A stretch of DNA of 63,968 nt, the filler included, from Craspedostauros australis (lineage: Eukaryota): the NCBI GenBank assembly GCA_030167865.1. It is 14 parts of 14 records of this genome, joined end to end, with 100 filler letters (N's around TTAATTAATTAA, not from the genome) between each part and the next. Parts side by side here need not be neighbours in the genome. Positions count along the whole stretch, not along the records: positions 1 to 12,138 come from JALAGF010001932.1; positions 12,239 to 21,831 come from JALAGF010001935.1; 12 more parts are not named here. One strand, 5' to 3'. This document shows positions 1 to 12,729 of this stretch, piece after piece. How positions within the stretch are numbered: the stretch's first letter is position 1; each line of letters opens with the position of its first letter. The notes beneath the pieces were generated by a model, which worked only from the letters and a program-made list of their open reading frames with translations, was not told the DNA's origin and made no database searches. The translations under genes were made by a program, and so were the position numbers.

Positions 1-96
1 AAGGTCGACACGTTGGACCAGATGGCTGACATATTCACCAAGCCCTTGGCACGCCCGTTATTCGAATCTCTGCGATTGCGACTATTGGGATGGTAA
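1..96 (+). mobile_element. Ty1/Copia pol 3' end (RNase H C-terminus), partial
   Basis: Frame 1 reads KVDTLDQMADIFTKPLARPLFESLRLRLLGW*, with the Copia RNase H ADIFTK motif. It resembles the QIADIFTKGL...RSKLMGW end of the pol at 22666. Confidence 0.9.
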
Positions 97-120
97 GCGC
101 GGTCCGCCCGTGCCACCGAC

Positions 121-365
121 AAGAGGGAGTGTGCAGATTTAGTGCCAATTCCCGAATCTGGCCGAATCCGAACAATGAGTGTCGATGGACAGACGATACC
201 GCACAAACCACGNGTAGGATCCACGTTGAGCAAATGACCGCTCCGCACAGTCATAATTTTTCAGAACAGACAGGTTTCACCCCCCAACACCTCCGGTCAC
301 GTGAAAAACCTGCACAAGTGGAAGTTACTCTGAGAGTACTCTCTCGGGGATAGGATTCCTCCACA
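121..365 (+). repeat. PPT (121-129) and putative 3' LTR (about 130-365) of the Copia element
   Basis: AAGAGGGAG lies about 25 nt after the pol stop and is followed by TGTG; CACA at 362-365 would give TGTG...CACA termini. The right end is inferred, with no second LTR to compare. Confidence 0.5.
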
Positions 366-1484
366 TCGCGTGGTCAAACTTCCCAGTCTCAGCAACAGAA
401 GGAACGATCACACTGCCCATCAACGTTTGCCACGCACATTGCGCCATCAACATCGTCGCAATCGTCATCGTATCCAATTCCGTTTTCGCGTGCAGAATCA
501 TTGCACATCGTGACCGAGACGAAGATACGGTGCTCAACATTGCTTCAAACACATCAACTTCGACGAGGCACAAATAGCCTCCCGTGGAAGTTGTGTGTCG
601 TGTCGTCACTGACTCAACGTGTGAAGGCAACAGTGACGTATCCCAATAAATCAGGTACATGTCGCAGAAATCGTTCCGCGGAAGCCGCGTGGCGACAGCT
701 GTCTTCCCCAAAACCGTTGCTGATTCCTTGCGCAGATTCTGTTTTGTGCCATGGCCGTCTCGTTTTATCATCACATCAGGAATGCGAGTAAATTGGTGAG
801 CGAGTGGAGGCGTGTGCACAGTACGCATCCACACTCTACTCTGCCGATAGGTACACACACCTCAAGTAATGCGGGATGACATCAATCCCAGAGAGGCAAC
901 ACGTCGTGAACATCGCTCTTGTCATTGTTTGACACGCTCACCTATTCCGACGATGATAACATTGACAACCACTGCAGCGCCAACCACACATCACCATCAA
1001 TCGCTGACACAACAAACAACAAGCGCCAAACAGTTCCGCGGTTGTTGAAGCAGCACCAAGAACAAAAAGAGAAGAAAGAACCAAATTGTGATCGTGTTTT
1101 GGGGCAATTCAAGATTGAGAACCCGTGATCCACGTCACAGAACCATAAACGGGAATGGATGTGTCTTTCATTCACTCTTGATTCATTCGACCAACATGCC
1201 GATTCCAGCTGACGTCATTTGGCTCCAACTGGAAACGATTCCGCACAAAAGATCGACGACGACGACAACAACAGCGGCGACGATGACGATGACGGTCACC
1301 ATGGCGGCGTTGATTGCGGTGGCGAAGGAGAATGGGATCCGATGGGCGAACGCAACGAACCATACTGCAACGGCTGCCGTAGCGAACATCTGTTGAAGAC
1401 GAGACTCAGAGACCGCTTGATACAAACGGTGGAGGAATAGAGACAGAGAGTGAGACCAACAGAGATAGTTCCTGAATCGTGATC

Positions 1485-2714
1485 ATGAAGGTCTTCAACC
1501 TCATTCCGATCCTTTTGGCAGGATCAGCCAATGCGTTCGTCCCAGCTTCGATGCATTCGAGACAGCATGTGGTCGGTGCCAATCAGCTTCAGCTTCAGAT
1601 GCAGAGCAAGGGAGACGACAATGCCAACAATGAGGACATCTCCGCATCCGACGGCTTCCCCCGCCGCGCATTCCTCTCGACCATGTCCGCAGCAACCGCC
1701 GGGATCCTGTCCATGATCGCACCCAACGCAGCATTGGCCGACGACGACGAGTCCTTCGCCTCCATCGCCGCACGTGCCTCCAAGCTCTCGTCGCGTGAAG
1801 GAGAACGCAGCGCGACGCCGCAATTCAAAACGGATGATACGCGCACCATGTACGATTTCAGCGTGCCTGTGCAGGGCCGTGATGTTCCCCTCAAGGAGCT
1901 CATCCGACAGGAGTACGACGAGGAAGGCTTCGCACGCGTCAAGGCCGTGTTGGTGGTCAACATGAAGCAGGATGATCCCATCGCTCGCAAGGATATTCCG
2001 GAGCTCATGTCGTTGGCGTCCAAGTGAGTGTCTTCTTCGTGCGTTGGGCGGCAATGCTGGTTGTGTGTTCACTCCGTGCACTCTACGTCCACGTTCATTT
2101 GTTGTTATGCTTGGCTGGACGTTTGGCTGTCTTCATTTGAATCGGAATTGGGTGTAGTCTGCAATGTCGCGCAATCTCACAAATTCATCAAATGTCACCA
2201 ATACAAATGCATCCAAATGAAATGGAACGAAATGGTTGCAACACGCAGATACGGACGTTCCGGCGAATTCGTCGTCATGCTCAGCCCCAGCGACCAGGGA
2301 TATTACGAACCAGACACATCGGCGTTGATCCGTCTGAAGCTGGCATCGGAGTACGGATACGGCATCAACCCTGCCACCATCCTCACCGACAAGGTCAACT
2401 TCCTCGGCACGGGAGCCCATCCCTTCTGGAGATGGTTGCAAAAGAACTGCCGCACTCCGGCCGGATTGGGCAGAATAGAAGGCAACTTCGAGAAGTTCCT
2501 CGTCGATGCCCGCACGGGAGTTCCGCTGCGCCGCTACCCGCGCAAGTACCTGCCCACCTACATCAAGAACGACATCGAGGCCATCGTGTCTGGAAAGCCG
2601 CTGCCACCGGCCGTCGCCAATTACCAGGAGTCTTGGCGTGCGGCAACGGCCGAGGCCGAGCGTGATACCTACCGATTCCAAAAGGGATTGAACTACTTTG
2701 ATCAGCAGCCATAA
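1485..2714 (+). CDS. Glutathione-peroxidase-fold protein, probably plastid/thylakoid-lumen targeted; join(1485..2023,2249..2714), 334 aa
   Basis: Signal peptide ending SANA-FVP (ASAFAP-like), then a twin-arginine PRRAFL...AALA segment. GPX motifs: YDFSV, VLVVN, HPFWRWL, NFEKFLVD, RRY. The GTGAGT...CAG intron at 2024-2248 joins two ORFs in frame. Confidence 0.85.
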
Positions 2715-2940
2715 ACGTAGTGCGGTGCTTAAGTTCAGTTGGGTTGAGTTGAGATCGAATGGGCTCATTCGTAACGTACTCTAGCGGATTCTCGCAGTCT
2801 GCGAAAGCACTTCCTCCAATGAAAATCAATCACAAAAGTCAACCAATCGATGCACTTGATGTTCATTCATGTGTTGTGAATTATCTGTTGTTTGTAGAAT
2901 AGCTACTGCTGAGTCTCTCTCTCTCTAGCGTTGATGACTG

Positions 2941-5614
2941 TTATTGCACCAGTACAAGTATTGTGGTGAATAGACCGAAAGCAGATCGAGTCAGGCATTG
3001 CATGGGCGTCGATGCAAACATCCGTAACGATGATGTGAAGGACGACGACGACAACGACGATGCCGACGATGGCTGAGAGTTCCGATCTTCCCCTGTTGCA
3101 GTGGAATCAGGTTCATAAACGCTGGAAACACCGACGGAGTCTCGGTTGCCAACAAACATGAAACGGAAATCCAAGGAGTTGCCGCGCCCACGTTGCGTTG
3201 CCTGCAGCACACCATCCACGAAGACATCGATCTGCCATGGCCCATCGCCGCTTTTGCTCGACACGCCGTATCCGTAGTCACCCAGTAGAATGCTCCGCTT
3301 GGTGGGAAAATATATGTTCTCCACATGGTGATCGAATGTTGTTGGTGCTACATCCTGTTCCAGCTGACCCTGCGTGACTTCATCCAACGGGTTGTCGAAG
3401 AAAATGAGCTCTCCCGTCGGTGTTGACACCCGAAGGTCTTTGTCGTCTGTTGTGTATGATGCATTGTGCATTGTGAATGTATGGCATGACCATGTGTGAG
3501 AATGTGAAGGGTGCATGGACGATGGTCAGAATCGATGGAGTTTCGAAGATAGCGCGCAATCAATGCACGATATCATGCCGTACGTGTGTACGTTCATCAA
3601 TTCATCCATTCATCGAAGGCATCGCTCTTACCATCTCCAAACCAGGACAGCGTGAATCGGAAAGCGCCCGTCTTGACACAATTGCGGTTGGCGCAGACGG
3701 TGCCGTCTGCAGTGCAATCCGAAGTGACACAACATTGCGTATCTGCATTGCCATTCATATCGCAGGCTTGCGTCGGCGGCATCGTGACCATCTCCGTGGG
3801 TGCTGCAGAGGGCGATTCTTCGACAGTTGGAAGGGGTGTCCCGTTGTCACTGAGCAAATTGTAGGTGACAACATCATCGCCAACGCCTTCTATTGTTTGT
3901 TTGATGGTTTCATTGTATGCCACGATGAGCGTCCATGCCTTATCATCTTGCTTCGTCAAGATCGTGCATTCGTAAGCTCCATCTGGCGGGTACTCAACAA
4001 CCGATGTTGCGGTATCCGATATTGCCACTGGTGAAATTGAAGTGGAAGAGTCGGTGGGATTTGAATTGATGGAGAAGTAGATGTTCTCCACGTGATGGCC
4101 AAAAGCAGTTGGGGCGGTGTCGCCCTCGAGTCTGCCATTGGTGGAGGCATCAAAGGGTTGTTGGAATGAAACGAAGGTGCCGAGGGGCGTTTTCACGATC
4201 AGATCCTTGTCATCTGCTCGTTGCGTTCGTAGGTATGGCGGACGTGTATGGCAAGCAAAGTTGTTTTTGAGAGGGTGAGAAGTAGGGTACAGCACAGTTG
4301 TCAGTATGACAGCAATCCATACGTGAATGTCTCAGTCCAACACAATCAAGTAGGGCATGCAAATCGTCGGCCTCACACATCTTGTCCAATCCACTTACCA
4401 TCTCCCACCCACGCCAGAGTGAAACGCGGGAATCCCATCTGCACGCAGTTGCGATTGGCGCAGGCCTGCCCTTCGGCACAGTCCACATCGGTGCAGCACT
4501 GCGCTGAGTTGGTGGAGTCGATGGCGCACATGGAGTCAGAGCCCATGTCGGCGTGTTCGTCGGTGACGGTGGGGGTGATGGATGGTGCCGACGATTCATC
4601 GGGTGCGACGGAGTACACGAATATGTTCGACGGCCCATTGCCTGTGTGGTTGAACACGACGCTGTTATTCTCCAGAACGCGCAGATTCCATTCCGATTGC
4701 AATGAACTTGTAGCGACGGTCGATCCCATCACGAAGTACTCGTACATGCCCACTTCGCATGCTTGAGGAATCGACGATGCCTGCGGAGCGATGAAGGTGA
4801 CTCTCTGCATGTTGGCGGAGGCCTGCTCCCACGTGCCAATGGCGACACCGTACACAAATCCAGGCACGAAGTTGGTGGGATTCGCGCGCCACAGTTCCGA
4901 ACCAGACGGCGTGCGGACGAAGAGATCGTACAGCTCATCATCATCTTGCCATTCCAACATAAATTGCAAACATCGGTCCGTCGCAGGCACGCATTGCTCA
5001 GTCAAGCATATGTGGCCGTTGCTGTCAACGCCATCAAAGGTGCTCGTGCTGCAATCGCTGTCCTCGCAGCATTCGGCGGTGTCTGTCGTGCAAGATGATG
5101 TCGGCAGGGATGGTCCGAGAGTTGGTTGGCCAGACGGTGCGTCTGACAGCTGGGTTGGGAGTGAGGTAGGATAGCTTGACTTTGATTGCGTGCCTGTTTG
5201 CGTCGGGGCAGCACTTGCCATGATTGTTCCATTCACATCTTGCTGTGCCAGTTGTCGTAGTTGTTGTTGCTGAGCGTGTTGCTGCTGGTGGTGTTGTTGC
5301 TGAAGAGAGTTCCATGGTTCCGATGCGACTACAGATGCAGATGCGGCCGAGACATAGCCATTGGACCATGTCCCTGTTGCTGCGATGGCGAGCCCGAGCA
5401 TGATGGTCGATGTACAAGCTTGCATCGTTCGTAGCATGTGTGATTGTCGGACCATCCCCTTTCTCATCGTCGTGTTTGCTGACATTCTCATTGCTCTATC
5501 GTGCTTTGAGCTCTCTCTGCCTCTCTCTGATTGTGTGAAGAGTAGAGTACGCGCATCTGTTGAGTAGAATGTGGAGTCCTCTGCGACTACTCCACGTACA
5601 GTCTCCTTGGTCAT
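2941..5614 (-). CDS. Secreted/cell-surface protein with three Cys-rich plus YfaP/DUF2135-like modules; exons 5614(or a later Met)..4399, 4213..3632, 3446..2941
   Basis: Three repeats of CCxxxDC...C...CV followed by FxLxW..D.DL.V.TP.G; repeats 2 and 3 continue G.LE.D.AP..F.HHVENIYF. Hydrophobic N-terminal segment; Ser-rich then hydrophobic C-terminus. Both introns are GTAAG...CAG and keep the frame. Start codon and domain name are uncertain. Confidence 0.75.
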
Positions 5615-6446
5615 GCTCTAGAGTATAATATTATAATAGACAAATTATAATACAGCAGAGTTTCTATCCGTTTCTCCCAATCTTTCTCGCTCTCTTGTCT
5701 GGTCGATCTTGATGTTGATCAGATGTGATGAATTGAGTTGATGTCTCTGCGAGTTGAACACCCATGCTTCTCCGACTTGGGGTACCGTTCTTTCCTCTCG
5801 ACACACTGTGAGTACACTTGCTCAGCCCCAGGACGAAGACTTTGCTCGTGACACCTGCCGGTTTGTGTCAGCAACAACAACGCAGATCTCTGTTTGTGCG
5901 CAACCTCGCTCTGCTCGGTCATCTTCGCGAAGCCACGACGAACCACGCCAACAGCTCGTAACAACAGCGACCATCTGCATGATTTTGGCGCCAACATGAC
6001 CGAGAGTACGTCAAAGAGACGTTAATATTCAACGTCCGTCGTTAAATGGAACCGTTGATCACAAAGTTGGCGATTGCGCGAAGAACGAATCAGAGCGCAG
6101 GAATTTGCAAAATAGGACGCGGTCCCGCCAAACAAGTGAGAGCCGTCGTTTGTTTTCCAGTCTAGCATGTAGATAGATCAGCTTCAAATGCTAGTACTTC
6201 TGGAGCGAGAGAGTTGTAATGGTTCGACTGCTCTCTCCAGTAAATGTGTACAGATGACACCGTAAAGCAGACAGACCATAGAGAATAATAGGAGAAGCAT
6301 TGTGAAAGAGCAATGTTCGTGTTCTACCTTTACTACATGTACTTCTACAAGCATAGTACAATCAAGTTATGTGCGATGTCCTCCGTTCTTCCCTCTCAAT
6401 TTTCAAGCATTAGTCGTATATGTGGAAGTGCGCATCCGTCGTTGCA

Positions 6447-8570
6447 TCACGCACGTGCCTGAACGGTCTCGTTTTCATCTGTCTCTTCTTGCGCATACCG
6501 CTTCATGTTCTTGATGAACTTCTTGGGTCCACGCATCCAACCCTTCTTTTTCTTCTTCACAAGCACCGCGTCTGGATCATGACGCGGCGATGCGAAGGGA
6601 CCGGCCGGGAGAGAGTCCGGGATCCTGTTTTGCGGACTGCTGCTGTGGTTGTTGCTGTGGGAATTCGATGAGGAGGTGCCATTACCTCCCGATCGCATGG
6701 TGGTGGTGGTGATCTCGCGTGGGCGTCCTGCGCTTCTGTTTGATAATGAAGATGACGATGCTGATTTGCCACTTCTGCGGTCTTTGCCTTTGCCGCTGTT
6801 GTCAAGAGATTTGTCCTTGCTGCTCTGCGGCATGTTCGATCTCATCACGACTCGCTCCAGCGTCTCCAAGAAGGAGGATTGCACGGGGGCGTCATCTTCG
6901 GAAGAGCTGGACAGCTCGATTTCCTGGGCGACGCTGTCGGTTGCGGAACTCGTCGTGGAGGCCGGATCGCGGTGGGAGTCGCTGTCGCGGGACAGGCTGA
7001 ATTGAAAGTCACTGCCGCTGTTGTCGATGATCGTGGGACGATTCACCGTCTCGTCTTCGTTGTCCGTCGTGGCGCTCCGGCTGACCGTAGATTGGTCCTG
7101 ACGGTCGTCGGCCACCATCTCGCCTCTGTGATTCGTTCGCAACTTCTCCTTCTTTTCGGTCCACTGGGTTGTGAGGTTGAAGGGCGAGCATCGGAACAGA
7201 CCGAATCCATCGGCTAATGACATGAAGGCGTCGTCGGCCTTTTCTTCCGTCTCGAACGAATCGAACGTGCCAGTTCCATCCATGGCGCGACGCTTCGTGT
7301 TGGAGTCACGCGTGGCCTTGGTGCTGGCCGTCATCGCGTCGCGTCCATCTCTCGACTCCAATCCCTCCGTCGCAAGGGAGGTTGTGTCTTCCATATCGAT
7401 TTGATTTCCTTCGTTGGACGAGGATGAAGAAGAGGCGCCGTCCTTGAAGTAAATGGGATCTTCGTTCGCTCCTTTGGGATCGCGTTTGGTGGAGTCCACC
7501 TTCGACATGGTCTTGCAGATCTTGTCGATGGAGTCCTCGTCATTCTCGTTCTTGTTGCTGATGTTGCTAGCGGTACCGCTGTTCGATCGCAGCTGAGATG
7601 ATGAGTCAGACCGCTCCTGGTTCGATCGCATCCTTTCGATGATCTCCTTCACGGGCGATCTCGGAGAGCTCGGTGACTTGGCCAACTTCGGCTGAGTGGC
7701 TCTGTTGGATGTTGTCTGGGGTGAGCTTTCGAACTTGCGAATGTTCGGAGCCTGTCCTGTGGGGCGGATGTGCGTTCTGGGAGACAGCGGAGGCAGGATG
7801 GGGCGCGTGCTGACGGATCCTTTCGATCCGCGTGAGAGACCGGAGAAGACGGAGGTCTCATCACGCATGTTGCTACCGCCGAGGTTGCTTCCGCTGTGCG
7901 TCCTTCCATCAAGTCTGCTCTGACTGGATGGCGGAGGTGGCGTCGATGGCGGGGGTGGTGGCATCATGCGCTGTTGACGCATCTGTTGCTCCTTGCGCTC
8001 GTCGTTGGCGGTGAAGAAGTTCTGACCGCTGTTGTTGCGCGAGTGGGAACGGTTGGCCGTTGCATTGCTGCCACCGTTTTGATAGGACGGCGGCAAGCGA
8101 TTCGTCGTCGTTTGACCACTGGTGGTGGGCTGGTCGTTCCTTTGCTGGTTGTTGTTGGGACTCGATAGATGGGAGACGCCGGACCGTGTGCTGGCACCCT
8201 CCCATTCCACAGGCACGTTGAGGACGGTTCCGTTGCCGTAGATGGCGTTGGTTGCCGTGACGAGCGCCATCGATGCCACCACCTCGGCCTGTCGTTTTGC
8301 CTTGCGCTTTCGCATGAACCCTGAGCTCCTCACGCTGCCCGACTCGGAATCGCCTGGGTTGTGGATCAGCACAGACTGAGCCGCAGCCTTGGCCGTCTTC
8401 AACGCAGTTTCCTCGCTTCCGCCATTCACCAAAATGGACTTGGCTGCGATCACTGCCGTGTTGGTTGCGTGCGAAAGCAGCCTTGCATTGTCTCCTTTGG
8501 CGCTGCTGTTGCGTGAGATCATCGAGACTCCCGTCACGGACGAATCGTCAAACACAATCGAGTTGGACAT
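6447..8570 (-). CDS. Hypothetical Ser/Thr/Asp-rich, largely disordered protein (707 aa from the first ATG)
   Basis: Long uninterrupted ORF with an Ala-rich helical N-terminal region and a basic C-terminus (KKKKKGW). No recognisable domain. Confidence 0.75.
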   Translation of the reverse strand: MSNSIVFDDSSVTGVSMISRNSSAKGDNARLLSHATNTAVIAAKSILVNGGSEETALKTAKAAAQSVLIHNPGDSESGSVRSSGFMRKRKAKRQAEVVASMALVTATNAIYGNGTVLNVPVEWEGASTRSGVSHLSSPNNNQQRNDQPTTSGQTTTNRLPPSYQNGGSNATANRSHSRNNSGQNFFTANDERKEQQMRQQRMMPPPPPSTPPPPSSQSRLDGRTHSGSNLGGSNMRDETSVFSGLSRGSKGSVSTRPILPPLSPRTHIRPTGQAPNIRKFESSPQTTSNRATQPKLAKSPSSPRSPVKEIIERMRSNQERSDSSSQLRSNSGTASNISNKNENDEDSIDKICKTMSKVDSTKRDPKGANEDPIYFKDGASSSSSSNEGNQIDMEDTTSLATEGLESRDGRDAMTASTKATRDSNTKRRAMDGTGTFDSFETEEKADDAFMSLADGFGLFRCSPFNLTTQWTEKKEKLRTNHRGEMVADDRQDQSTVSRSATTDNEDETVNRPTIIDNSGSDFQFSLSRDSDSHRDPASTTSSATDSVAQEIELSSSSEDDAPVQSSFLETLERVVMRSNMPQSSKDKSLDNSGKGKDRRSGKSASSSSLSNRSAGRPREITTTTMRSGGNGTSSSNSHSNNHSSSPQNRIPDSLPAGPFASPRHDPDAVLVKKKKKGWMRGPKKFIKNMKRYAQEETDENETVQARA

Positions 8571-10860
8571 GATGTAGATGTGTGCTGTTGGTTGTGTGTG
8601 TGACGACGAAGTTGAGCTTTTTCTCTGTTGTTCCTGCTTTGTGATTGTGGGGACCAATTCGTCGTTGTGTGCTTGGTCAACCAAATAGGTGATTGTTTAC
8701 CGATTTCGTATGAATGTTGCAGCAATGCTGTGTCTTCCAAGGCGATTCCGCGATGGAATGCGATCAAGGGCAGTTGCCGATACGTGTAGCTGTGATTGCG
8801 TTCGTTGCGTCGCTTCTCCGTCACTGCGTCGCTGTTGTTGACGTTGTTGCCGATGCCTGGCTGGTTGACAAAGCACGCACCAACGGATGATCCCCAACGA
8901 CTGCCCGAACGAAGGCTTTACAGCATTCACTTATCTCGCACGCCACCAAAACACAGTTCGTTTTCGATTGCGACGATTATCGGAGTCGGAGTTGCAACCG
9001 GAGAAGTTGTGGAATTGCAGCTGGACGCGCTGATGAGATTGCGATTGGTTGCGTTCTGTTTCGCGATGTTGGGTGTGAGTCCGGAGATGGACGATGACGC
9101 AGCAGTCAAATGGGTGCACGATGGAGTCTTGTTCGCGCTGGGTGTGCTTGTTGATGTGATAGTTGTCGGCGTGCCGCCTTCGTGCTGCTCTGTTGTTGTT
9201 TCTCCTGGTCCTCAAACTGGTCCAATCCGTTTATTCTATTTGTGGAAGTGACTGCTGTTCGTGCATGGACGAGCAAGTCTCAGTGATGGTGGAAGAGTTG
9301 AGTTTGATGATGATGCGCGACGTTGTCGTCCGAATGGCATCGAGCAGCGCCAAGACGATCCCACAAGATGATCAAAACGATGGCGAAGTCATCGTGGTAG
9401 CGGATTGTGTGAGACGAAAAGCGGCGATGTTGGTCGGCTGGATATTGGATACATTGTATTCATATATGAATATAATTGAATACACAACACCCTCCAGACG
9501 CAGATGATATCCGTTGGTGGCATGTGCCAGCCGTCATATCGGCGATTCGTCACTTCAAGATCATGTGCTTCGAGCAGGCATGGCTGCTGTCCACGCCACC
9601 AAATGCGGACAAATGTCCGTTACGTGAACATTGGCGAAAGACGCTCTCCTCGGACTGTCGTTGGTCTGACCCATACGACTAGTTCGCCCTTGTAGTTCTT
9701 TGCCTAGACTTGATTCATAGCGAGGCGAATCGAACGTTTTGATGGGAAAATGTCAACTGTTGGAACGGATTGGAAGGCCGGTTATCATCCACTCTGCATC
9801 CTCATCGTCGATGTCCCTGGTTACTTGTGGTGTTGGTGCTGCTGTTGCCGAGCGTGGAAGTCTCTTCCAGACAGGGGGTATGACACTCACAAGTACGATC
9901 TATCTATGCGCCAGGTGTCAACATCCCGTACTTCCATCCCTCCACAAGGTCATCATCGTTGCTGTGAGGGCGACCTTGCGCAGAGTGTATGCAAGGCGCA
10001 AGAGGAGCCTGCATCAAAGTTGTGAACGACGAAACTCCAAGTGGGTGGAGTGCGTCATGCATTGGGGGAGATAGTGGAGATGTCTCGTCTAATGTGTCTT
10101 CTATTTGCATTGTTAGGTTGGTTGTGATGGCACTGCACTGCACTGCATTGGATTGCATTGCAGGAGCAACATCATCAAGAATGTGTCGCGTCTGGTGGCT
10201 GGTTTGGGTGAAGATACAAGAACACGCGGTGAGCGTGTGTATCCGATTGCTCGCAAACCTATCTGCCACTGCTGGTGCACATGGAGGCGATTGGATTCAT
10301 TCATGTCGTCACACGTTTGGGTTGTTGGTGTTCGTCGGATCAAGAGACGCGACGAAAAAGAACGTCGCTGTGTTCCTGGAGGTTCCGAAGTTGGAACATC
10401 GTCTTTCCCATTCTGCCTGCCAAGAACAAGACTCGGGGCGTGTTCGCCGTTGATCCGGATCGTCCGCCCCTTCGTTCTCGTCGTTGGTGGCGGTGTCCTC
10501 CAGTCCCCAGGATGGATACGAGCCATGCGGTTCTTGTTGCGCATTGGGCAAACGTGGTTGTCGTGAAGGAGTTGGATGCATGTTTCCTCTACAGATCCAT
10601 GCGTGGCGGAGCTCGGTTTGTCTCATCCACACGCATTCCGCCTTGCGTCATCTGACATCATCATGTCCGCCGAAACGTTGCAATCAGATCTTTGCGGATT
10701 CGACGATCGGTGTTCTGTGTGCTTGTTTGGGCAGAGTGTTGCATCGCAAAGTGGCGAGCTGCCGGCGTAGAAATGCCAGTCGCTCTGAACTCGCGTGTAT
10801 CAATGCTTGTCTAGTTGCTTGTTCGTTGGTTCGTTCTTTTGATGCAGTTCCACGAAAACC

Positions 10861-11406
10861 TCACGACGAACCCACGCTCATTGGCGCGGCCATCCCGCTG
10901 GAGGCCACAGAAAGACCCCTGAGGAAGTTGTCGGCCGTCAGCGCCCTGCGCATCTTGCGCCCGAAGGCCCGCACGGCGGATTCGGTCTTCGCGCTGGCCT
11001 TGGACTGCTTGTTGGAATGTTGCCGACGCTTGCGGATGCGCTGCACTTCCTTTTCCGCGTTGCGCAGCTCCTCCTCCGGAATGCCAAAGACCTGATGCAG
11101 GATGTTCTTGCGCGTGATGGAGCTCATGCGCAACATGCCCTTCGATGTGCGTGTCTCTTCGTAGTGCTCCAATGTCTGGTCCTCCTGCTCTTCGTAGTGC
11201 CATCCCAAGGCCAGCGGGACGCCGATCTTGGTGTCTGGGTGATCGCCGACGATGCGCTCGTACTCGCGGATCTGGACGTTGCCGAAGGTGACGCGCGTGG
11301 TGTCCTTCTCGCTGGCGATGGAGCTGTCGGCGCTGAGGCTGGCGACGTCCGTGGCTTCGGTCACGTCGGAGAGCTGGCTTTGCGATGTGACTGTCTTCAT
11401 GGTCAT
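10861..11406 (-). CDS. Conserved diatom-type hypothetical protein with an RVxF motif
   Basis: RVTFGNVQIREYERIVGDHP...GVPLALGW is a motif I recognise from a multi-copy diatom family. RVTF fits the PP1-docking consensus. Confidence 0.8.
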   Translation of the reverse strand: MTMKTVTSQSQLSDVTEATDVASLSADSSIASEKDTTRVTFGNVQIREYERIVGDHPDTKIGVPLALGWHYEEQEDQTLEHYEETRTSKGMLRMSSITRKNILHQVFGIPEEELRNAEKEVQRIRKRRQHSNKQSKASAKTESAVRAFGRKMRRALTADNFLRGLSVASSGMAAPMSVGSS

Positions 11407-12138
11407 GGTTGCTCTTGCTGTTGTGTTATGTATTGTGTTATGTTGTATTCTATTCTATGATATTGTAGTAGTATTGTATTGTGTTGCTGAATGTGGATAG
11501 TAGCGGTTGTGCTCGTGTTGTGGGATTGTTCAATTTATGAGCTCTGGGTGCTGGATCATTACCAACTCCGCTGAGCAGGCAACCTCATGCTTGTTTGCGT
11601 GGGAGGTATTACACTCAACAGTGTTGTGTGGGGGCGACTTGCGTGGTCTCGTCTGCGCTGTTCACTCCTTGTGGCTGCGGTTGGTCTTGGGAACCGCGGT
11701 AAAGACCATATATTGGTCGGTTTGCCGATGGGACTCCGATAGTAGTCCAAGTAATCCGTTGCAACAAATTAGACTATCTAGAAGGTACTACCGTAGACAA
11801 CAAATCGTCCTAGTGTGATCATGNNNNNNNNNNNNNNNNNNNNNNNNNNNNNNNNNNNNNNNNNNNNNNAGGGGTGGTCGGGATAGTCTCACTCGGTCTC
11901 TGTGCTGTCGTCATCGCCCTTTTTCAAGTTCGCAGGTGCTGGTGTGGCTTCGAAATCGCTGTCGCTATCGCTGTCCATGTGGAGGTCGATCAACACAACC
12001 TCACGCTTTCTACGCTTCGTTTTAGCGATGCGCGGTGCGCGGGCGCAGGAGGGAACAGGAGGCGGCACCACAACCGAGACGGGGACAGGAGGAACAGCCG
12101 CTGGGCTGGAACGGCATGCCATGGCACGGGGAGCACGT

Positions 12139-12238
12139 NNNNNNNNNNNNNNNNNNNNNNNNNNNNNNNNNNNNNNNNNNNNTTAATTAATTAANNNNNN
12201 NNNNNNNNNNNNNNNNNNNNNNNNNNNNNNNNNNNNNN
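12139..12238. other. Artificial contig linker (N-run, TTAATTAATTAA, N-run); first of 13
   Basis: The same 12-mer, which puts stops in all frames, sits inside N runs at 12183, 21876, 24442, 25898, 42966, 44391, 48133, 51004, 52743, 57741, 59254, 61354 and 62900. Confidence 0.97.
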
Positions 12239-12321
12239 AGGTGTGGTGGTAGGTGTGGTGGTAGGTGTGGTGGTAGGTGTGGTGGTAGGTGTGGTGGTAG
12301 GTGTGGTGGTAGGTGTGGTGG
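12239..12321. repeat. 12-bp tandem repeat AGGTGTGGTGGT, about 7 copies, cut by the contig end
   Basis: Directly visible; encodes PTTT repeats on the minus strand. Confidence 0.9.
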
Positions 12322-12729
12322 TTGCAGCAGTGGCCAATAGTATGGTTGTTGGTGCAGATTTGGCTGTCACAAGAAAACTGGTGCTTCTACTGCTGGCACT
12401 GCTGTGTCTTGTTGTGGCAGTGGCCATTAGTGTGGTTGTTGCTGCGGATATGGCTGTCGCTGTGGCTGCCATGGGATTGCTGCTGCTGCCGCTGTCGATG
12501 GCGGTGGTGCTATCGTTGGTGCTGTTGGTGGTGCTCGCTGCTGCTGCCAATCCATTGATTGCTATCGCCAATTCAGTGCGAGTAGTTGGGGTGCCAGGTG
12601 CTGTGCCTGTTGCGATCCTGCTTTGCCGGCACGATTGCGATTTGTCTTGGATCGTGCTGGACGAGAAGCTGGCTTGCGTTGCGTTGGTGGCAGTGGTTGC
12701 GACTGAGGCCCATTCTTGTGCTGTTCTTT

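Noticed and set aside
400..1440. Short ORFs between the Copia LTR and the GPX-like gene
   Set aside because: They are stop-interrupted, carry no recognisable motif, and give no consistent splice model.
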